Source: an uncultured Hyphomicrobiaceae bacterium (GTDB taxonomy: Bacteria; Pseudomonadota; Alphaproteobacteria; Rhizobiales; CALHAX01). From it: a stretch of 57,916 nucleotides of DNA. Made by a program: the position numbers and the translations under genes. The number at the start of each line of letters is the position of its first letter. Position 1 is the first letter of the stretch. Shown here piece after piece: positions 50,737 to 57,916 of the stretch. The stretch spans positions 1 through 57,916 of the forward strand of contig CALHAX010000035.1 in NCBI GenBank assembly GCA_937931785.1, in the 5' to 3' direction. The notes under the pieces were generated by a model that saw nothing but the letters and a program-made list of their open reading frames with translations, had not been told where the DNA came from and ran no database searches.

Positions 50737-50950
50737 TCATTCTGGTGTGAATGTGACACCTTGCGATACGTGCAAATGATCGTCGCGAGGTGGCGCTATT
50801 TCTTTAAGAATCCTTTTTGACAAACTGGCCGATGTCTTTTCCGGTCCGCGAGCTATTGAAATCCACGCACGTGAAGCCCTACGTCACACGCCTTGTGATC
50901 ACGACTGGCCCCAGAACGCTGCTCCACTGCCCAAGCCCTTCCTACACGTT

Positions 50951-51388
50951 ATGACGCGGGCGGATGCCCATCCGGTTTGCGCGCTGATCACGCACCTGCC
51001 ATTCCATTGGGCTCCCCCACAATCATCAACCGATCCGCTCTACACCGCGCACAGCGTGGCGAAAGTACATGTCGAATTGCTGGGGCCAGGCGGCCTGGTG
51101 ACATCTGATCGTGTTCGATTGGGTCTTTACGGCATGCTTCCGCATTCGGAGTACGGGATACGAACGCATCCAGCGGAAGAAATTTACGTCATGCTTGCTG
51201 GAGAAGCAGACTGGAAGCGTGATGCCGAGCCCTATGCGCCGCATGGACCAGGCGCGCGATCTTATCATCCGTCCATGATGCCCCATGCCTCACGAACACG
51301 AGACATGGCGTTCATGTCGGTTTACGTGTGGCACGGTGATATTTCGACGGAAAACTACGCATATGCAGGCCTCCCGAGTGACCGATAG
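50951..51388 (+). CDS. cupin-fold protein (145 aa); weak resemblance to DddK/DddQ/DddW-type DMSP-lyase cupins
   Basis: ..GIRTHPAEEIYVMLAGEADW.. cupin motif-1-like segment and ..HPSMMPH.. His cluster. Confidence 0.5.
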   Translation: MTRADAHPVCALITHLPFHWAPPQSSTDPLYTAHSVAKVHVELLGPGGLVTSDRVRLGLYGMLPHSEYGIRTHPAEEIYVMLAGEADWKRDAEPYAPHGPGARSYHPSMMPHASRTRDMAFMSVYVWHGDISTENYAYAGLPSDR

Positions 51389-51408
51389 ATCCACCCACGC
51401 TTGCACGT

Positions 51409-53196
51409 CTAATTCGTTGCTGGCTTTTCGCCTGCTTCGCGCCCCTTGTTGAATGCACCGCTGAAGATGGCAGCCGCACCGGCAAGGCCACCGCCTCCAC
51501 TATCTCCGCCAACAACGGTGTGCGGCACGAGACGGCTCACAAGGGCAACCAGCTCCGGTTTGCGCTCCAGTGCGTTCAGCGTTTTTTCCAACGCCTGAAG
51601 CAGTGCCACCCGATCCTTACCGAGGATGTTGGCCTGAGCTTCCTGCCCCCGTGCCAGCTCTTCAAGGAATTGGCGTTCGGCGCGACCAAGCGCGGCACGT
51701 TCTTCCTGGCGCTGGTTGGCGACTTTCACAGCGATCTGCGCGGCCACCAGACGTGGTTGTTCATTGGCGGTGGCGCGGGCCTGCTCGGTTTCGATCCGCT
51801 TTTCCTGGGCCTGGGTCTCGCGGGCGTAGGCGAGTGAGAGCTGATCGGCGAGTTGCTCCCGCAGGCGCGAAACGAGTAGCTCCGGTGGAATGGACGGTTC
51901 ACCGAGGCGGATTTCCTTTATGTTCACGCCAGCCTTGAGCCCCTCAAGCTTCACTAGTTTTTCGATATTTTGTTCCAGTGCGTCGCGGTTCTCGATCAAG
52001 TCGAGCACCTTGGTCTTACGGCGAATTCGCTTTGTTGCATCATTCGGGTCAACGACCTCGATGTCAGAGCCCGCTACGTTACGCACGATGGAGCGGATCG
52101 CCGGTGTCAGAATACGATCTTCAATGGCTTCGAGACCGCCAACAGCGCCAACGACAATGGGTGCATTCTCAGGGCTGACCTGAACAAGCGCGCGCAATTC
52201 CTGCGGAATATCCCATCCTTCGACTTTTACGAACACAGCACGGTCTGCTGCAGACTCCGGCGTGCGTTGTACCTCCTGTCGCTCGACCTGTTTTATGTTA
52301 CCGCCTTGATCGACAGAGAGATCAATGATGCGCTTGGTGAACCCACCTTTGTAGACCCACGTTTTGACCCGCGTATCGACGAGCGTGACTTCGTAAGCCT
52401 TGCGGTTGAGGTAGGACGCTCCAGGTTCCAAGGGTTCATTCCAAATTCCGATGCAGCCCCTTGGCACGAGTGGGACCGACAGATCTCCCGCCGCCAACCC
52501 CTTGGCAACTGACACCTCGTCCTTACTGCAGTCTTTACCGGGCTCCTCGACGTTCGATTTTACTACGCCGACGAAACCTATTGGTATGATTGTCGCTTTG
52601 GTCGAACCATCAACGCGAACATCGAATAAATAACGGTTGAGGCGATAGTTACCGGGTTTCAGAACTGTTTCCTGAGGTCCGCGATAATATTTTTCAGATG
52701 TCAGGAATGTCTCGGCGTTGAGCATTTCTGGCACTTTGTCGTCAGCGACAGCGGGGGCTATGAACATCCCTTCGGGCATGGACGCACCATCGAGCGCAAC
52801 GAGTTCTCCATACGACCCTTCCGGGATCGTAACGACAGGATATTCCTCTACTTGATACAAGACGTTCACGAAGGGGCGAAAATGGAACCCTGGCCCTAGA
52901 ATTTCAGCTTGGGGACCCTTTTGTCCATCTAACGCAATGATACGGCCTCCCGGTAGGTCAGTGAACCCATAAATCCGCTTGAGGTGCCCAACGCTATTTG
53001 CATCGATGCTCACGAATGAGGTTGAGGCAAGGAAAAACAAACCGATCAACAGGAAGATCAACCCGCCGCCCTTGCTTGCCACCGCGCCGCTGGAACGGGC
53101 GAATTTACCGCCACCCAGCTTACCCAGCATCGAAGGCAGAAGGAGCATGACCAGCCCAACGAGAAGGGCGACGGCACCAATTATGATCCGGAACAT
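51409..53196 (-). CDS. SPFH/Band-7 flotillin-like membrane protein (YqiK-like, 595 aa)
   Basis: N-terminal TM hairpin, SPFH-like region, then a long Ala/Glu/Gln/Arg-rich coiled-coil region; Gly-rich C-terminus. Confidence 0.6.
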   Translation of the reverse strand: MFRIIIGAVALLVGLVMLLLPSMLGKLGGGKFARSSGAVASKGGGLIFLLIGLFFLASTSFVSIDANSVGHLKRIYGFTDLPGGRIIALDGQKGPQAEILGPGFHFRPFVNVLYQVEEYPVVTIPEGSYGELVALDGASMPEGMFIAPAVADDKVPEMLNAETFLTSEKYYRGPQETVLKPGNYRLNRYLFDVRVDGSTKATIIPIGFVGVVKSNVEEPGKDCSKDEVSVAKGLAAGDLSVPLVPRGCIGIWNEPLEPGASYLNRKAYEVTLVDTRVKTWVYKGGFTKRIIDLSVDQGGNIKQVERQEVQRTPESAADRAVFVKVEGWDIPQELRALVQVSPENAPIVVGAVGGLEAIEDRILTPAIRSIVRNVAGSDIEVVDPNDATKRIRRKTKVLDLIENRDALEQNIEKLVKLEGLKAGVNIKEIRLGEPSIPPELLVSRLREQLADQLSLAYARETQAQEKRIETEQARATANEQPRLVAAQIAVKVANQRQEERAALGRAERQFLEELARGQEAQANILGKDRVALLQALEKTLNALERKPELVALVSRLVPHTVVGGDSGGGGLAGAAAIFSGAFNKGREAGEKPATN

Positions 53197-53282
53197 GCGA
53201 AGCTCTCCACCCTATTTTTCTCCATGCTACGCTGACCCTGACTCTGAGTCGTTTACAGAGCGTTAACCATCACGCGTTGACG

Positions 53283-53906
53283 CTAGGCAGGCCTTGTGAC
53301 ACGCCGCAACGTGAGGTTGATGCGGCCTCCACCCTTCAGCAACATTGACGTGCCGGGCAGAATCCGGTCGATGCCGTGGTAGGCGAGGCGCGCTGAACCT
53401 CCCATGACGAACACATCGCCCGATCGAAGAAGAACGCGTTCCGTCTTGTCCCTCCGGTCGAGACCGCCAATCCGGAACCACGCATCGTCCCCGAGCGAAA
53501 CAGATACAACGGGCGCATCCAACGTCTCCTCGTCCCGGTCGACGTGAAGCCCCATTTTCGTTCTGTCAGCATAGAAGTTGATAAGGCACGCTTCCGGTGC
53601 CGGGGCGCCGGAGGCAACGTTGCTCCAGAGTTGCAGCAAGCTTGCAGGGATCGCAGGCCATGGTTGGCCGGTTTCGGGATGTGTGGCCTGATAGCGGTAG
53701 CCACCAGACTTGTCCGTCAACCAGCCTAACGCTCCGCAATTGGTCATGCGAACCGAAAGCGGTTTGCCGGTTCGTGGCATCGTCGGCGTGTAGAGCGGCG
53801 CTTCCGCAACAACTCGGCGCAAATCGGCGAGCAAAGCCGATTGCGCGGTTGCGTCGAGATAATCAGGAAAATGTTGCGCGCCTTCAATCATTCGCGACGC
53901 TAGCAA
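53283..53906 (-). CDS. alkB: Fe(II)/2-oxoglutarate-dependent DNA/RNA demethylase AlkB
   Basis: ..LINFYADRTKMGLHVDRDE.. (HxD) and ..RLAYHGI.., ..RINLTLR.. motifs. Confidence 0.85.
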   Translation of the reverse strand: MLASRMIEGAQHFPDYLDATAQSALLADLRRVVAEAPLYTPTMPRTGKPLSVRMTNCGALGWLTDKSGGYRYQATHPETGQPWPAIPASLLQLWSNVASGAPAPEACLINFYADRTKMGLHVDRDEETLDAPVVSVSLGDDAWFRIGGLDRRDKTERVLLRSGDVFVMGGSARLAYHGIDRILPGTSMLLKGGGRINLTLRRVTRPA

Positions 53907-53942
53907 AATGCCGCGCGTCCCGCCAGAAACCGCGTATCGACC

Positions 53943-54344
53943 TCAAACCGAGAAGTATGCAACGGTTTCCAGCATGATCATCGAGGCCGCGAAAAAAACG
54001 GCGAAGCGTGCGGTGAGGCCCGCCATTTCGATGTTGGGGTTCTTTGCTTCGGCGGTTTCAGCTTCAGCACCGTCGATTGCGGACGGCATCGCGAAGATGG
54101 TCAACCAGAGGGCCGACAGCATGATCAGCAATGCAAGGTAGGTTTTCGAGGCACAGCCCAGATTTTCGGTGCCCGCCATGTTGACGGCGCCCCAGGCGCT
54201 ACACACCGTGTTGTCGCCCCCCATCAGAAGCTGGGGAAGGGTCAACAGACCAGCGCCAATGACGTGGAACCAGATCACGCTCCAATGGCCAGACCACCAG
54301 GACGCAACTTCGCCGTCTTCAATACCACGCTCAGACATAATCAA
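53943..54344 (-). CDS. small hypothetical membrane protein (3 predicted TM helices, ~130 aa)
   Basis: Hydrophobic segments VIWFHVIGAGLLTLPQLLM, YLALLIMLSALWLTIFAM, FAVFFAASMIMLETVAYF; no family recognised. Confidence 0.4.
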   Translation of the reverse strand: MIMSERGIEDGEVASWWSGHWSVIWFHVIGAGLLTLPQLLMGGDNTVCSAWGAVNMAGTENLGCASKTYLALLIMLSALWLTIFAMPSAIDGAEAETAEAKNPNIEMAGLTARFAVFFAASMIMLETVAYFSV

Positions 54345-54490
54345 ACACTCTTACGAACACACAACTCAAACGCGTCACACGACCCGTGATGCCACTCTAC
54401 GGCATCGTGGTTAACGATCTTTTGCGGCACTATGAAGTCGTGCATATGCACAGCTTCGTCAAAGAATTTGCATTCCTGTCACGCGAGACG

Positions 54491-54519
54491 TTGCAGCGCG
54501 GCAGAGCGCTACCTATATA
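54491..54519 (+). promoter_or_regulatory. sigma32 (RpoH)-type promoter candidate upstream of dnaK (gTTGCAG-N15-CCTATATA)
   Basis: The -10 CCTATAT matches the alphaproteobacterial RpoH -10 (CYTATNT); ~140-nt leader to the dnaK ATG. Confidence 0.4.
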
Positions 54520-54659
54520 GCGAACAGACGTTATCAACCACGCTGCAGGACGCCGTCGCTCGGCTCCTCTAGTTGATTGAAATCAATGATGAAACGGGCG
54601 CAAAGGATGCCGCGAACGCGGGTCCTGACGGCTGGCCGCAAAGAGAGGCAGTACAAACA

Positions 54660-56591
54660 ATGGCAAAAGTAATCGGAATTGACCTGGGAACCACGAACTC
54701 GTGCGTGGCCGTTATGGATGGCGGCGATCCGCGCGTGATCGAGAACTCGGAAGGTGCCCGGACCACACCGTCGATCGTCGCGTTCACAGATAGTGGCGAG
54801 CGTCTGGTTGGCCTTCCGGCCGCGCGCCAAGCCGTGACCAACCCCGAAAATACGCTTTTTGCGATCAAACGGCTCGTCGGCCGCCGGTTCGATGATCCCG
54901 CCGTCAAGAAAGACATGGATCTTGTGCCTTACAAGATCGTCAAGAACGACAACGGAGATGCCTGGGTTGAAGCTCAGGGCGAAACCTATTCACCGTCGCA
55001 AGTTTCGGCCTTCACCCTCCAGAAGATGAAGGAAACCGCTGAAAGCCATCTCGGCGAGACGGTGACACAGGCCGTAATTACGGTTCCAGCCTACTTCAAC
55101 GATGCACAACGCCAGGCCACGAAGGACGCAGGCAAGATTGCCGGTCTTGAAGTGCTGCGGATCATCAACGAGCCGACAGCAGCGGCACTCGCGTACGGAC
55201 TCGACAAGAAAGAAGGCAAGACGATTGCCGTTTATGACCTCGGTGGCGGCACGTTCGACGTGTCCGTCCTTGAGATCGGTGACGGTGTGTTCGAAGTGAA
55301 ATCCACCAATGGCGACACGTTCCTTGGTGGTGAAGACTTCGACATGCGGATCGTCGATTACCTTGCGGACGAGTTCAAGAAAGAAAACGGCATCGACCTG
55401 CGCGGTGACAAGATGGCGTTGCAACGCCTGAAGGATGGCGCCGAGAAAGCGAAGAAAGAACTGTCTTCCTCGCAACAGACGGACATCATCGAACAGTTCA
55501 TCACGATGGATCCGAACTCTCGCCTGCCGCTCCACCTGAACGTGAAGTTGTCGCGTTCCAAGCTGGAAAGCCTTGTGGACGATCTGATCGATCGAACCGT
55601 TGAACCCTGCCGTGCAGCGCTGAAAGACGCCGGCATGCAGCCTGGTGAAATCGACGAGGTTGTTCTTGTTGGCGGCATGACGCGGATGCCGAAAGTGCAG
55701 GAAGTGGTGAAGAAGTTCTTCGGCAAGGAGCCACACAAGGGTGTGAACCCCGATGAAGTTGTTGCCATGGGCGCCGCGATCCAGGCCGGTGTGCTGCAGG
55801 GCGATGTGAAAGATGTTTTGCTGCTCGACGTGACGCCGTTGTCGCTCGGCATTGAAACGCTTGGTGGCGTATTCACACGACTGATCGACCGCAACACAAC
55901 GATCCCGACGAAGAAGAGCCAGGTCTTCTCAACTGCTGATGACAACCAGTCGGCTGTAACGATCCGGGTGTTCCAGGGTGAACGCGAGATGGCGGCGAAC
56001 AACAAGGTCCTCGGCCAGTTCGATCTGGTGGGTATTCCTCCAGCACCGCGCGGGCTGCCGCAAATCGAGGTCACGTTCGACATCGATGCGAACGGCATTG
56101 TGAATGTTGGCGCCAAGGACAAGGCGACCAATAAAGAGCAGTCCATCCGTATTCAGGCGTCTGGCGGTCTTTCGGACGCAGACATCGAGCAGATGGTCAA
56201 GGACGCGGAGGCCAACGCGGAAGACGACAAGAAACGCAAAGAGGCCGTTGAAGCCAAAAATCAGGCAGAAGCGCTGGTCCATTCGACAGAGAAGATGCTT
56301 GAAGAGCATGGCGACAAGGTTTCCGAGGACGACAAGAAGGAAATCGAATTGGCCATGGCCGATGCGAAAACGGCGCTCGAAGGCGATGACGCAGAAGACA
56401 TTGCAGCCAAATCTCAAGCGCTTGCAACCGCATCCATGAAAATCGGACAGGCGGTCTACGAAGCCTCTCAGTCCGAGGGGGACGGTGCACCGGAAGATAT
56501 CGCAGATGCGATGGATGATGGTGGAGCGGACGACGTTGTTGACGCCGATTTCGAAGATGTCGACGATACGGATGACAAGAAATCTGCCTGA
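54660..56591 (+). CDS. dnaK: molecular chaperone DnaK (Hsp70)
   Basis: [18 protein letters not shown].., DLGGGTFD, ..VGGMTRMP..; the ORF track adds 29 aa upstream. Confidence 0.97.
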   Translation: MAKVIGIDLGTTNSCVAVMDGGDPRVIENSEGARTTPSIVAFTDSGERLVGLPAARQAVTNPENTLFAIKRLVGRRFDDPAVKKDMDLVPYKIVKNDNGDAWVEAQGETYSPSQVSAFTLQKMKETAESHLGETVTQAVITVPAYFNDAQRQATKDAGKIAGLEVLRIINEPTAAALAYGLDKKEGKTIAVYDLGGGTFDVSVLEIGDGVFEVKSTNGDTFLGGEDFDMRIVDYLADEFKKENGIDLRGDKMALQRLKDGAEKAKKELSSSQQTDIIEQFITMDPNSRLPLHLNVKLSRSKLESLVDDLIDRTVEPCRAALKDAGMQPGEIDEVVLVGGMTRMPKVQEVVKKFFGKEPHKGVNPDEVVAMGAAIQAGVLQGDVKDVLLLDVTPLSLGIETLGGVFTRLIDRNTTIPTKKSQVFSTADDNQSAVTIRVFQGEREMAANNKVLGQFDLVGIPPAPRGLPQIEVTFDIDANGIVNVGAKDKATNKEQSIRIQASGGLSDADIEQMVKDAEANAEDDKKRKEAVEAKNQAEALVHSTEKMLEEHGDKVSEDDKKEIELAMADAKTALEGDDAEDIAAKSQALATASMKIGQAVYEASQSEGDGAPEDIADAMDDGGADDVVDADFEDVDDTDDKKSA

Positions 56592-56768
56592 CCGAACAGG
56601 TGGAATAATATGACCGGCCCTCATTCATTCGGCACTTGCCGCTCTGGGTGAGGGCCTTCCGTTATCTGGCGAAGCGGGACGATTATCAGCCCTTGACGGG
56701 CGAACCAATTCCCGGTGTTTCGGTACGAACCGAAACGCCAAAGCTGCATTACAAGAGCGACCAAGCCC

Positions 56769-57914
56769 ATGGCCAAGCGCGATTACTACGATGTTCTCGG
56801 TGTCCAAAAAGGCGCAGATGAAAAAGAGCTGAAAAGCGCCTTCCGCAAGCTCGCCAAAGAGCATCACCCCGACCGCAACCCGGGCAACGACGATGCGGAA
56901 ATGAAATTCAAGGAAATCGGTGAAGCCTACGAGACGCTCAAAGACCCGCAAAAGCGGGCGGCCTACGACCAGTTCGGGCACGCAGCATTCGAAGGCGGTG
57001 GCCCAGGCGGGTTTGGCGGTGGCGGACAAGGTGACTTCGGCTCTTCCATGTCGGACATCTTCGACGATCTGTTTGGCGAATTCATGGGTGGTCGGCGTGG
57101 AGGTGGCGGCGGCGGACGATCTTCGCGCCAGCGAGGTGATGATCTTCGCTACAACATGGACATCAGCTTGCTCGACGCGTTCGAAGGTAAATCTGCCAAA
57201 ATCCGCGTCCCTTCGAGCGTCACGTGTGAAACGTGCTCCGGTGACGGCGCGAAACCCGGCACGTCACCGACGTCATGCCGAACCTGCGGTGGTGCCGGGA
57301 AGGTGCGGGCGAGTCAGGGGTTTTTCACCATCGAACGCACCTGCACCTCATGTCAGGGGCGAGGGCAGGTCATTGATGATCCCTGCGTTGACTGTAACGG
57401 TGCTGGACGAGTGACGAAGGAACGGACGCTGTCTGTCAATATTCCGGCTGGTGTCGAAGACGGGACCCGGATTCGGTTGGCTGGTGAAGGCGAAGCGGGA
57501 TTACGCGGTGGCCCATCTGGTGATCTTTATATTTTCCTCTCCATTGAATCGCACGAGTTCTTCCAGCGCGATGGTGCAGACCTCTTCTGCCGTGCACCGA
57601 TTTCCATGACCACGGCAGCGCTTGGAGGACAGATTGAGGTTCCGACTGTGGATGGCGGACGGTCTCGTGTGAAAATTCCAGAGGGTGCGGAAAGCGGCAA
57701 ACAGTTCCGTTTGCGTGGCAAGGGCATGCCGGTTCTGCGCTCAAAAGCCGTTGGCGACATGTATATTCAGGTCGAAGTGGAAACGCCGAAAAACCTGAAC
57801 AAGCGGCAGAAAGAGCTCCTGAAGGAGTTCGAAGAGGCATCGACCGACACAACCAGCCCGGATTCAAGCGGATTCTTCTCACGCGTGAAGGCGTTTTTTG
57901 ACGGGGATGCTTAA
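56769..57914 (+). CDS. dnaJ: chaperone DnaJ (Hsp40)
   Basis: J-domain with HPD (..[10 protein letters not shown]..), Gly/Phe-rich region, four CxxCxGxG zinc-finger repeats, C-terminal domains. Confidence 0.95.
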   Translation: MAKRDYYDVLGVQKGADEKELKSAFRKLAKEHHPDRNPGNDDAEMKFKEIGEAYETLKDPQKRAAYDQFGHAAFEGGGPGGFGGGGQGDFGSSMSDIFDDLFGEFMGGRRGGGGGGRSSRQRGDDLRYNMDISLLDAFEGKSAKIRVPSSVTCETCSGDGAKPGTSPTSCRTCGGAGKVRASQGFFTIERTCTSCQGRGQVIDDPCVDCNGAGRVTKERTLSVNIPAGVEDGTRIRLAGEGEAGLRGGPSGDLYIFLSIESHEFFQRDGADLFCRAPISMTTAALGGQIEVPTVDGGRSRVKIPEGAESGKQFRLRGKGMPVLRSKAVGDMYIQVEVETPKNLNKRQKELLKEFEEASTDTTSPDSSGFFSRVKAFFDGDA

Positions 57915-57916
57915 GG

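Noticed and set aside
55358-56624. Two minus-strand ORFs of 262 and 231 aa
   Set aside because: Antisense to dnaK, the most conserved gene in the window; shadow ORFs.

Overview
This 57.9-kb window looks like a conserved core-chromosome segment of an alphaproteobacterium, probably Rhizobiales-like, at roughly 57-58% GC. Genes are densely packed and mostly on the minus strand. The only clearly lower-GC stretch is the first ~650 bp. Recognisable blocks are the rimP-nusA-ylxR/L7Ae-infB-rbfA-truB-rpsO-pnp transcription/translation cluster, trmB-metK, the phoH(ybeZ)-ybeY-corC-lnt operon, and miaB. Further along are an ornithine-lipid acyltransferase pair (olsA here, olsB ~11 kb away), rimI-tsaB, a NifU-like Fe-S scaffold gene, uspA, trpS, murJ, and glnD-mutS. 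The rest comprises a hybrid histidine kinase, comM/yifB, gshB-yraN-rsmI divergent from an LpoA-like lipoprotein, hemW, rdgB, rph, hrcA-grpE, a cupin gene, a flotillin-like SPFH gene, alkB, and dnaK-dnaJ. I see no CRISPR array, tRNA/rRNA gene, transposase, integrase or recognisable defence/toxin module. The unusual items are: (1) a secreted multi-domain protein with a beta-trefoil-like triple repeat and a very basic, cysteine-rich C-terminal repeat region; (2) a tandem array of four 40-bp hairpin-containing repeats filling the rbfA-truB spacer; (3) a near-consensus Irr/ICE iron box upstream of the NifU-like gene; (4) a low-GC 5' end with two palindromes that share a TTCTGG-N5/6-CCAGAA core; and (5) candidate sigma32-type promoters ahead of dnaK and grpE with no CIRCE element. 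Many ORF-track entries are over-extended at the N-terminus (pnp, rpsO, truB, murJ, mutS, gshB, rdgB, rimI, grpE, dnaK, dnaJ), so I report the internal starts that match conserved N-termini. Apart from the items above the region is ordinary housekeeping DNA.
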